This document shows, one piece after another, positions 9,380-18,626 of a DNA stretch of 50,668 nucleotides (the first letter of the stretch is position 1; every line of letters begins with the position of its first letter). Position numbers and translations under genes: made by a program. Location of the stretch: assembly GCA_036149055.1 (NCBI GenBank), contig JAYZQJ010000023.1, forward strand, positions 1 to 50,668, written 5' to 3'. A model generated the notes under the pieces. That model was given only the letters and a program-made list of their open reading frames with translations, was not told the origin of the DNA and ran no database searches. Origin of the DNA: Myxococcota bacterium. GTDB lineage: Bacteria; Myxococcota_A; Polyangia; Polyangiales; Sandaracinaceae.

Positions 9380-11092
9380 TCAGGCGTTGACGCTCACGGG
9401 CCGCGCGACGTCGCCCTCGGGCAGCCCGGCGCGCCACTGCCGGGACAGCGCGACCTCGGCCTCGTAGCGCTCGATCTCGCGCGCCTTGGTCGCCTCGTCC
9501 CAGCCGAGCAGCGCGGCCATGCGGTCGGCGATGGCCGGCACCGCGCCGAGGCCCTGGTCGCGATCGCGGAAGAAGAGCTGCGTGCGCCGGACGAGCACGT
9601 CGCAGAGCGTCGCCGCGAGCTCCTCCTCCACCGCCCAGTCGACCTGGGCGAGGATCTCCGGCCGGGCCGGCACGAGCCGCTCGCCGAGCGAGCGATCGGC
9701 GGCGACGCGCTTGGCGATGTCGAGGGCGCGCATGCCGTAGGTGTCCCCGAGGTAGCGCGCGACGTCGTCGGGCACGTGGGGGTGCCCCGCCTTGCTCACC
9801 TCGTCGGCGACGCGGGCGTGGTCGTCGTCCTCCGGCCAGCCGCGGGCGCCCGGCAGGGGATCCTTGTCGGTCCGCGGCGGGGTGAGCTCGAGGTCCTGCC
9901 CGGACAGCTCGATCAGGCGGGCCGCGGTCTCGACCACCTCGGCCGCCATGCGCCGATAGGTGGTGAGCTTGCCGCCCGCGATCGTGATGAGGCCGTCGTG
10001 GCCGACCAGGATCTGGTGCTCGCGGCTCACCGCGGACTCGCTCAGGTCGCCGCCCTCTTCCTGCGGCGCCATGAGCGGGCGGATGCCGGCCCAGGTGCTC
10101 AGCACGTCGGCCCGCACGAGCTGATGCTCGGGGAAGTAGTGGTTGGCGGCGTCGATCAGGTAGTCGACGTCCTCGAGGGTCGCGGCCACCGCGCCGGGGT
10201 CGCCCTCGTAGTCGGTGTCGGTGGTGCCGATGTAGGTCCGGTCGCCCCACGGGATCGCGAAGAGCACGCGCGCGTCGGTGGGGTGGAAGCAGACGACCGC
10301 GTTGTTGAGCGGCAGCTTCTCGTGCTCGACCACGACGTGCACGCCCTTGGTCGGCCGGAGGATCGAGCCGCTCGAGATGGAGCGGCTCATCGAGATGGTC
10401 TGGTCGGTCCAGGGCCCGGTCGCGTTGACCACCGCCCGCGCCGAGACCTCGCGCAGCTCGCCGCCGAGCTCGTCCTTGACGACCACGCCGGTCACCCGGC
10501 CCTTGTCGTCCTTCACGAAGCTCGTGACCTTGCCCCAGGTGGCGATCACCGCGCCGGCGGCGGCCGCGTCGAGCGCGGTCTCGAGGGTCAGCCGCGCGTC
10601 GTCGGTGGCGCAGTCGTAGTAGAGCGGCGCGCCCTTGAGCTCGCCGCGACCGAGCGCCGGCTCCACCTCCGCCACGTCGCTCGGCTTGAGCTTGCGCGGG
10701 CGCTTCGGCGAGCGGAAGAGCGCGAGCCCCTCGTAGAGCCGGATGCCGGTGTGGATCATCCAGAGCGGCTTGCGCGCGCCCTTGTAGACCGGGAACAGGA
10801 AGCCCATCGGGTTCACGAGGTGGGGCGCGATGTCCTGCAGGATGCGCCGCTCGCTCACCGACTCGAAGACGAGGCTGAACTCGTACTGCTCGAGGTAGCG
10901 GAGGCCGCCGTGGATGAGCTTGCTGGAGCGCGAGCTCGTCCCGTAGGCGAGGTCGTTCATCTCCGCGACGGCCACCCGGAGGCCGCGGCGCGCCGCGTCG
11001 CGGGCGATGCCGGCCCCGGTGATGCCCCCTCCGATGACCAGGAGGTCGAAGGTGCCCTCGAGCTGTTCCCACATCGCGCGACGCGTCGGCAT
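9380..11092 (-). CDS. glpD: FAD-dependent glycerol-3-phosphate dehydrogenase/oxidase
   Basis: DLLVIGGGITGAG, GTSSRSSKLIHGGLRYL, DDARL, VVNATGPW, IGTTD, WAGIRPL and GGKLTTYR motifs. Confidence 0.95.
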   Translation of the reverse strand: MPTRRAMWEQLEGTFDLLVIGGGITGAGIARDAARRGLRVAVAEMNDLAYGTSSRSSKLIHGGLRYLEQYEFSLVFESVSERRILQDIAPHLVNPMGFLFPVYKGARKPLWMIHTGIRLYEGLALFRSPKRPRKLKPSDVAEVEPALGRGELKGAPLYYDCATDDARLTLETALDAAAAGAVIATWGKVTSFVKDDKGRVTGVVVKDELGGELREVSARAVVNATGPWTDQTISMSRSISSGSILRPTKGVHVVVEHEKLPLNNAVVCFHPTDARVLFAIPWGDRTYIGTTDTDYEGDPGAVAATLEDVDYLIDAANHYFPEHQLVRADVLSTWAGIRPLMAPQEEGGDLSESAVSREHQILVGHDGLITIAGGKLTTYRRMAAEVVETAARLIELSGQDLELTPPRTDKDPLPGARGWPEDDDHARVADEVSKAGHPHVPDDVARYLGDTYGMRALDIAKRVAADRSLGERLVPARPEILAQVDWAVEEELAATLCDVLVRRTQLFFRDRDQGLGAVPAIADRMAALLGWDEATKAREIERYEAEVALSRQWRAGLPEGDVARPVSVNA

Positions 11093-11138
11093 GCGCACGG
11101 TGTAGCGCACGCCGACGCTCGGGACGAGGAGGGGCCCC

Positions 11139-12407
11139 TCAGACCACCGAGCGGCGCACGATGGTCTGGGAGCGGTCCGGCCCGACGCTGATCGTGTCGA
11201 TCGAGACGCCGCTGGTGGACTCGATCATCTCCACGTAGCGGCGCGCGTTCTCCGGCAGCTCGTCGTACTCGCGGCAGTCGCCGAGCGGCTCCTTCCAGCC
11301 GGGCACCATCTCGGTGAGCGGCTGCATGCGCGAGGAGCCCTCGAAGGGCGGCTCGTCCCGGACGTCCCCGTCGAGCTCGTAGCCGGTGCAGATCGGGATC
11401 TCCTCGATGCCGGTCAGCACGTCGAGCTTGGTCAGCGCGACCGAGTCGAAGCCGTTCACCCGGGCGGCGTAGCGGAGCACCGGCACGTCGAACATGCCGC
11501 AGCGCCGCGGGCGCGCCGTCACCGGGCTCAGCTCTCCGCCCACGTCCTGGAGGCGCTGGGCGAGCTCGCCGGTGAGCTCCGAGGGCAGCGGGCCGGAGCC
11601 CGAGCGGGTCACGTAGGCCTTGGCCACGCCGATGACCTTGTCGATGGCCTTGGGCGGGATCCCGGTGCCGGTGCAGGCGCCGCCCGCGACGGTCGAGGCG
11701 CTGACCACGAACGGGTAGTAGCCGTGGTGCAGGTCGACCATGCTGCCGAGCGCGCCCTCGATCACCACCCGCCGCTCGTCCTTGGCGAGGTCCATGATGA
11801 GCCGCCCGCCGTCGACCACCCGGTGGCGCAGCTTCTCGCCGCACGCCGCGAGGGCGTCGACGATCGGCTCGGCCTCGGGCACCTCGGCGCCGAGCCCGAG
11901 CAGCACCACCCGGCTGGCCTCGATGCTCGCCTTGACCTGCTGGAGCAGGTACGCGGGATCGAGCAGGTCGCCGACGCGCACGCCCCGGCGCGCGACCGCG
12001 TCCGAGTAGGCCGGCCCGACCCCGCGGCGCGGGGCGCCCGACGCGCCCTCGGCCTCGTCGCGCAGCCGATCGATCTCGATGTGATGCGGCAGCACCACCT
12101 GAGCGCGCTGGTCGATCTTGAGGTCGCCCTTGAGCGCGCCGTGCTCCTCGAGCGACGCCAGCTCCTCGAGCAGCAGGCGTGGGTCGAGGGCCATGCCCTG
12201 CGCCAGCAGGCACGTGCGCCCCATCTTGAGCGCGCCCGCGGGCAGCACGTGGAAGACGAGCCGCTCGGCATCGGCCATCAGGCTCTGCCCCGGGTTGTAG
12301 CCGCCCGCGTACTGCGCCACGAGCGCGGCCTCCCCCGCGAGGTGCTCGACGATCTTGGACTTTCCTTCGTCGCCCCACTGGGCGCCGACGACGGCCACGA
12401 CGGTCAT
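11139..12407 (-). CDS. Adenylosuccinate synthetase (PurA) family protein with degenerate active site
   Basis: Colinear with PurA (QWGDEGKSK, GPAY..ARRG, EG..G...D..HG.YP, KAY.TR, R.RRCG.FD, LTKLDVL, ISVGPDR), but GGHNAGHT reads GGYNPGQS and other catalytic positions are changed. RBS GGGAGGA upstream. Confidence 0.9.
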   Translation of the reverse strand: MTVVAVVGAQWGDEGKSKIVEHLAGEAALVAQYAGGYNPGQSLMADAERLVFHVLPAGALKMGRTCLLAQGMALDPRLLLEELASLEEHGALKGDLKIDQRAQVVLPHHIEIDRLRDEAEGASGAPRRGVGPAYSDAVARRGVRVGDLLDPAYLLQQVKASIEASRVVLLGLGAEVPEAEPIVDALAACGEKLRHRVVDGGRLIMDLAKDERRVVIEGALGSMVDLHHGYYPFVVSASTVAGGACTGTGIPPKAIDKVIGVAKAYVTRSGSGPLPSELTGELAQRLQDVGGELSPVTARPRRCGMFDVPVLRYAARVNGFDSVALTKLDVLTGIEEIPICTGYELDGDVRDEPPFEGSSRMQPLTEMVPGWKEPLGDCREYDELPENARRYVEMIESTSGVSIDTISVGPDRSQTIVRRSVV

Positions 12408-12452
12408 GAATCCTCCCTAGACGCCGAGCCTACCGAAGGCGGCGCCCCGCCG

Positions 12453-13022
12453 TCACGTACCCCCACGATCCTTCCAGGCGATCTCGATCTGGCAGGCGGC
12501 GTCGCCCCGGGTCCGGCAGCGGGTCTCCTCGGCCCGGTAGACCCGGGCGCCGGTGAGGTCGCCCGCGCCCTCCGCCCAGCCGGTCACGCTGAGGCAGTGC
12601 GCCCGGTGCGGGGTGTCGAGCCCGCGGATCGTGAGCGTGGCCTCGTGGTCGCCCATGTCGACGTCGAGGGCGCCGCTGTCGTAGTGCACGTTCCAGAGCC
12701 GCGAGGCCTTGCGCAGGATGAACGGCACCGAGCCGAGCCGGAGGAAGATCCGGTAGAGCGTCGGCAGGGTGACGGTGGCCCCGAAGCGGCCCATGTCGCG
12801 GCAGAGCCCGAGGTCGCCGCGGCCGAGCACCGCGTCGGCGCTGACGTTGAGGTCGACGAAGAGCTCGAACGGCACCCACGCGTGCGGCAGCACCCCGGCG
12901 TCGAGGAGCGCGCGGTGCGCGGGGCGCATGCGGTCCTTCACCTCGCGGAACACCACCTCGTCGGCGTGCTCGCGGATGTACCGAACGCGCGAGGTCACCG
13001 CGCTGCCCTTGACCTGCCCCAC
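12453..13022 (-). CDS. Myxobacterial V4R-like / TIGR02265-type putative ligand-binding protein
   Basis: N-terminal VKGS, LPHAWVPFELF, and C-terminal ETRCRTRGDAACQIEIAW (V4R Cys pattern). Confidence 0.7.
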   Translation of the reverse strand: MGQVKGSAVTSRVRYIREHADEVVFREVKDRMRPAHRALLDAGVLPHAWVPFELFVDLNVSADAVLGRGDLGLCRDMGRFGATVTLPTLYRIFLRLGSVPFILRKASRLWNVHYDSGALDVDMGDHEATLTIRGLDTPHRAHCLSVTGWAEGAGDLTGARVYRAEETRCRTRGDAACQIEIAWKDRGGT

Positions 13023-13065
13023 CGTCGTCCCCCGGGGCCAAGGTAGCGCGGTGGGCCGCGGCGCT

Positions 13066-14181
<1,116 letters not shown>

Positions 14182-14381
14182 CGGCCGGAATGTCATCGGC
14201 CGATCGGGTCGGCGCAACCGGCGGCGTGAGCCTCGTCCTCGGATGGGCGCGCGGCCGGGGAGCGCCGCGCCGGCCGGGCGCGTACGCGAGTTCACGGTGG
14301 GCGCGTGAATGGACGGCACGATCCCGCCCCGCGGATCCGGATTTTTCGCCGCTCGACCCGAAGTGATACCGTCATCACCTC

Positions 14382-14397
14382 TGGCACGCGCTTCGCT
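14382..14397 (+). promoter_or_regulatory. Sigma54 (-24/-12) promoter
   Basis: TGGCACGCGCTTCGCT = GG-N10-GC with a consensus TGGCACG, about 30 bp upstream of ATG 14427 and before a GGAGGAG RBS. Confidence 0.75.
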
Positions 14398-14426
14398 GGC
14401 CGAACGCGCTCACGGAGGAGCGGCGA

Positions 14427-15221
14427 ATGACGATGACGAGTAGGATGACGAGGCTGGCGGTGCTGGCGACCCTGTGCCTGACCCTGATCGGGGCGTGGGG
14501 CTGTCGACGGCGGCGCCCGCCGGTCACCGCGAGCGGCGCCCTGAACGCCCGCTACGAGCGGACCTTGCTCCGGCACGCCGCCCGGGACACCGGCTGCTCG
14601 GCCGGGCAGCTCTCCACCCTCCAGGTCCACGCCGCGCCGCAGGTCTGGTCGGTCACCGGCTGCACCACCCCGATCGAGTACTGGCTCCAGTGCAGCCGCC
14701 GCAACCGCTGCCGCTGGCGCCCGGTCCCGCTGCTCAACGAGGCGGCCGCGCCGCAGCTGCAGTGCCCGCCGCAGGCCATCCAGCAGCAGCCCTCGCAGCA
14801 GCCCAACGTGCGCTTCGCCGCCGGCTGCGGCCGTCAGCAGCCCTTCACCGTCGCGTGCAACGGCGCGGGCTGCGGCTGGGCTCCGGCCGGGCCGCCCCAG
14901 CAGATGGGCGGGCAGGCGGTCGCGCAGCAGCAGCCGCCGCAGCAGCCGCAGGGCCAGCCTCAGACCGTGACCGTGCAGGTCACCACCCCCTCGACCAACC
15001 TCCAGTCGCAGATCGAGGCGCAGCGCGAGGCGATCCTCTCCTGCATCGACGGCGCGGCCGTCACCCTGCGGGTCCGCTGGACCTCGGAGGGCCAGGTCAT
15101 CCTGCAGCTCCCGCCGGAGCTCGTCGGCACCGTCGCCGAGGCCTGCGTGCAGGCCGCGGTGGGCTCGCTGACCGTCGCCGCCAACCAGGCGGGCGAGGTC
15201 GTGATCCCGCTCCAGCAATGA
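14427..15221 (+). CDS. Cys/Gln-rich lipoprotein with duplicated small Cys domain and AgmX/TonB-C-like C-terminus
   Basis: RBS GGAGGAG; signal ending AWGC; two C...GC units; Q-rich linker; IEAQREAILSC...VRWTSEGQV...EACV. Confidence 0.7.
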   Translation: MTMTSRMTRLAVLATLCLTLIGAWGCRRRRPPVTASGALNARYERTLLRHAARDTGCSAGQLSTLQVHAAPQVWSVTGCTTPIEYWLQCSRRNRCRWRPVPLLNEAAAPQLQCPPQAIQQQPSQQPNVRFAAGCGRQQPFTVACNGAGCGWAPAGPPQQMGGQAVAQQQPPQQPQGQPQTVTVQVTTPSTNLQSQIEAQREAILSCIDGAAVTLRVRWTSEGQVILQLPPELVGTVAEACVQAAVGSLTVAANQAGEVVIPLQQ

Positions 15222-15964
15222 GCCTCGATCCCCGGGCCCGGTTCTCCTCCACCGTGGAGGACTACCGCCGCTACCGACCCGACTATCCGGCCGCGCTGTT
15301 CGACTGGATCGCGAAGGAGTGCGATCTGCCCCACGGCGCGCGGGTGCTCGACGTGGGCTGCGGCACCGGGATCAGCAGCCGTCAGCTCGCGGCCCGCGGC
15401 TGGGAGGTGGTCGGCCTCGATCCCAACGCGGACATGCTCGCCGCCGCCGAGGCCGAGCCCCGACCCGGCCTCCGCTACGTCCAGGGCGACGCCGAGGATC
15501 CGCCCGCGCTCGGGCGCTTCGACGCGATCGTCGGGGGCCAGAGCTTCCACTGGCTCGACCTCGACCGGGCGCTGCCGCGGCTGGCGGCGATGCTCGACGG
15601 CGAGCGCGTGGTGGCGTTCTGGAACCTGCGCGAGCCGTCCGACCCGATGATGCGCGACTACGAGGCGCTGCTCCTCGAGTTCTGCCCGGAGTACGCCGAC
15701 GTCGGCGCCGAGCCTCGCGCCGACGCGGTCCGGGCGCGGGTGGCGGGGCTCGATCTTCGCGAGGTGGAGCTGCCGCACGCGCAGCGCCTCGATCGCGACG
15801 GGCTGCTCGGGCGCGTCTGGTCGAGCTCCTACGTCAAGAACGTCGACCTCGACCGCGCGGCCTTCGACGCCCGGCTCCACGCCCTCTTCGACCGCCACGC
15901 CGACGGCGGCGAGATCGCGTTCGTCTACCGGACGCGCGCCCTGAGCTTCGCGCCGGGACGTTGA
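15218..15964 (+). CDS. Class I SAM-dependent methyltransferase
   Basis: ATGA overlap with the upstream gene; YRRYRPDYP, VLDVGCGTG and GQSFHW motifs. Confidence 0.92.
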   Translation: MSLDPRARFSSTVEDYRRYRPDYPAALFDWIAKECDLPHGARVLDVGCGTGISSRQLAARGWEVVGLDPNADMLAAAEAEPRPGLRYVQGDAEDPPALGRFDAIVGGQSFHWLDLDRALPRLAAMLDGERVVAFWNLREPSDPMMRDYEALLLEFCPEYADVGAEPRADAVRARVAGLDLREVELPHAQRLDRDGLLGRVWSSSYVKNVDLDRAAFDARLHALFDRHADGGEIAFVYRTRALSFAPGR

Positions 15965-15982
15965 GCGCGGTACACCTGCCTG

Positions 15983-16720
15983 GTGCGTAGCCGCCTGCCG
16001 TTCACCGCGCTCGGGTTCAGCGCGCTCGGGATCGTGCTCGGCTTCGTGCTCGGCGGGATCGGGCCGCGGCTCGAGGCGGACACGCAGGCCGAGGAGATCG
16101 CGCGCCTCGAGCGGCAGCTCGCCGAGGTGGACACCGGCGGCTGGCGCTCGCCGGTCCCGGGGCTCGACCGCATCCTGCGCGCCCCGCGCGACGAGGCCCC
16201 GGCGGAGCGCCCGCTCCCCGTCGCGCCGCCTCCCGAGGAGGGCGAGGCCGAGGTCTACGCGCCGGACGGCGGCGCGGCGCCTCCCCGCCGGTGGCGAGAG
16301 CAGTGGCGTGATCGCGCGTCGGAGACCGCGCCGAGCGAGCGCCTGGCCGCGTTCGAGCGGGCCGCCTCCCTGCAGAACGTGCGGCGCCTGCAGTCGCGGG
16401 CCGCGCTCGCCCAGCAGGGGGACCTCGACGACGGAGAGATCGCGGCGGTCGACGAGGCGCTCGAGCGGATGAACGCCGACCTGCAGGCCCACGGCGAGGC
16501 GCTGATCACGCTGGCGATGAGCGACGAGCCGCCGCCGGCGCGGGATCTGCTCGGCATCACCCACGACGTCACCGGCATCCTGCACCGCACCCAGGTGCGG
16601 CTCGAGTCGATCCTCGGCCCCGAGCGCGCGGCCGAGGTCGATCCGAGCGCCCTCGAGATCTGGAACTTCGTCGACCTCTACCGCCTCGAGCCGGCGGCGC
16701 GGGCGGCGATGCAGCGATGA
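15983..16720 (+). CDS. Hypothetical membrane-anchored helical protein
   Basis: N-terminal TM segment, coiled coil, ATGA overlap with the next gene. Confidence 0.7.
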   Translation: MRSRLPFTALGFSALGIVLGFVLGGIGPRLEADTQAEEIARLERQLAEVDTGGWRSPVPGLDRILRAPRDEAPAERPLPVAPPPEEGEAEVYAPDGGAAPPRRWREQWRDRASETAPSERLAAFERAASLQNVRRLQSRAALAQQGDLDDGEIAAVDEALERMNADLQAHGEALITLAMSDEPPPARDLLGITHDVTGILHRTQVRLESILGPERAAEVDPSALEIWNFVDLYRLEPAARAAMQR

Positions 16721-17649
16721 GCGCCACCCGCTCGCCGGCGGCGCTGAGGGGCCTGCGCGACGCGTGGGTGGTGGCGCGCTTCGACCTCGGGGAGTCGCTG
16801 CGCTCCCGCAAGGTGCTCATCTTCCTCGCGCTCTACGCGGCGGGCGCGGTGGCCGCGGCGGTGATCTTCACCGAGGTGCTCCAGGACATCGAGGAGGCGC
16901 TCGCCGAACAGCTGCTCGTGGCCCGGACCAGCCAGCCGGGGAGCCTCACCCAGGCGGTGATGGAGGCGCCCGAGCTGAGGCTCGTGCTGGTCCGCCTGGT
17001 GCGCGACGAGGAGCTCGCCGACGCGCTCCTGCGGGTGCCGCCGATCGCGCTCCTCTATCACTGGGTCGCGCTGACCTTCGCGCCGGTCTTCGTCGTCTTC
17101 ACCTCGAGCGACGCGATCAGCGGCGAGGTCTCGACCGGCAGCGTGCGCTACGCGCTCTTCCGCACCGACCGGACGAGCTGGGCGGCGGGAAAGCTCCTCG
17201 GGCAGACCCTGCTCAGCGGCGTCGGCCTCGCGCTCGGCGCGGTGGGCGCGTGGATCGTCGGCTACCTGCAGCTCGCCAGCTTCGCCCCGCTCGAGACCGC
17301 GGCCTGGCTCGCGCGCTACGTGGTGACCGCGTTCTTCTTCGCCTTCGCCCACCTCGGGCTCGCGCTCGGCGTCTCGCAGCTGACCCGCTCGGTGCCCTGG
17401 TCGCGCGCGCTCGGGCTCTTCGCGCTCGCCTTCGTGTTCGGCGCGCACGGCTGGCTCGGCCGGGACGCGGTACAGGAGGAGGCGCCGGTCCTCGCCGCGT
17501 CGCTCCAGCAGGTCTTCCCGGCCGCGCATCGCCTCGATCTCTGGCGCCCGTCGCTCTGGGACGGCGTCGTCGCGATGACGGTCCTGGCCGCGCTCGGCTT
17601 CGTCTACTTCGCGATCGGGCACCTGCGCTTCGCCCGGAGGGACGCGTGA
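16717..17649 (+). CDS. ABC-2 type transporter permease
   Basis: About six hydrophobic helices; DAISGEVSTGSVRYALFRTDRTSWAAGK motif. Confidence 0.88.
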   Translation: MSATRSPAALRGLRDAWVVARFDLGESLRSRKVLIFLALYAAGAVAAAVIFTEVLQDIEEALAEQLLVARTSQPGSLTQAVMEAPELRLVLVRLVRDEELADALLRVPPIALLYHWVALTFAPVFVVFTSSDAISGEVSTGSVRYALFRTDRTSWAAGKLLGQTLLSGVGLALGAVGAWIVGYLQLASFAPLETAAWLARYVVTAFFFAFAHLGLALGVSQLTRSVPWSRALGLFALAFVFGAHGWLGRDAVQEEAPVLAASLQQVFPAAHRLDLWRPSLWDGVVAMTVLAALGFVYFAIGHLRFARRDA

Positions 17650-18572
17650 GCCGCTTCGCGCTGCGCCTCAAGGGCGTCGAGAAGCGCTACGGCAAGACCC
17701 GGGCGCTCGACGGGCTGACCCTCGACGTGCCGCGCGGCGCGCTGATGGGCCTGGTGGGGCCGAACGGCGCGGGCAAGACGACGACCTTCGGGGTGGTGAG
17801 CGGCGCGGTGCGACCCGACGCCGGGCACGTCGACGTGCTGGGCGAGGGGCCCTTCGATCCGGCGCGCCACGCCGGCCGCATGACGGTGCTCCCGCAGGAC
17901 TGCGCCCTGAACCCGAGCTCGAGCGCGCGGCAGATCCTCGCCTTCCAGGCGCGCCTCCAGGGGCTGACCGCCAAAGCCGCGGCCCGCGAGGCGGACCGCG
18001 TGCTCGAGCTGGTGCGGCTGTCCGACCGCGCCGGCTCCCGGGTCAGCCAGCTCAGCCACGGCATGAAGCGGCGCCTCGCGGTGGCCCAGGCGCTGCTCGG
18101 CGATCCGGAGCTGGTGCTGCTCGACGAGCCGACCGGCGGCCTCGACCCTCACCTCGTGGTCGCGATGCGCGAGATCCTCGGCGCCCAGCGCGGGCAGCGC
18201 ACGGTGGTGGTCAGCTCGCACATCCTCGCCGACCTCGAGGCGACCTGCGACCACGTCGCCTTCATGGAGGACGGCCGCTGCCAGAAGAGCGGCCCGGTGG
18301 AGGAGGTGACCCGCCGCGGCGCGCTCGTCCGCATCCAGCTCGCCGAGCCGATGCGCCTCGAGCAGCTCGCCGCGATCCTCGACGGCCGCGACCCCGAGCT
18401 CGAGGGCGACGTGCTGCGCTACCACCTCTCGCCCGGCGAGGATCCCGCCGAGGTCCAGCGCGCCCTGCTCCCCGCCCTCATCGAGGCCGGCGCCGGCGTG
18501 CTCGAGGTCCGCCTCGGCGAGTCCCTCGAGGCCGCCTACATGTCGTCACGCTCACGTCGCGACGATCGGTGA
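17646..18572 (+). CDS. ABC transporter ATP-binding protein
   Basis: GTGA overlap; Walker A GPNGAGKTT, signature LSHGMKRR, Walker B LLDEPT, SSH motif. Confidence 0.95.
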   Translation: MSRFALRLKGVEKRYGKTRALDGLTLDVPRGALMGLVGPNGAGKTTTFGVVSGAVRPDAGHVDVLGEGPFDPARHAGRMTVLPQDCALNPSSSARQILAFQARLQGLTAKAAAREADRVLELVRLSDRAGSRVSQLSHGMKRRLAVAQALLGDPELVLLDEPTGGLDPHLVVAMREILGAQRGQRTVVVSSHILADLEATCDHVAFMEDGRCQKSGPVEEVTRRGALVRIQLAEPMRLEQLAAILDGRDPELEGDVLRYHLSPGEDPAEVQRALLPALIEAGAGVLEVRLGESLEAAYMSSRSRRDDR

Positions 18573-18626
18573 CCGAGGCGGATTTGCGTTTGAAGGTGGG
18601 GCGTGGGGGCTAATGCCCCTTCGCCC

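Noticed and set aside
11139..12407. PurZ (Z-genome) assignment for the divergent PurA
   Set aside because: PurZ replaces the Asp13 position, which is retained here (GDEGK), and there is no phage or dATPase context.
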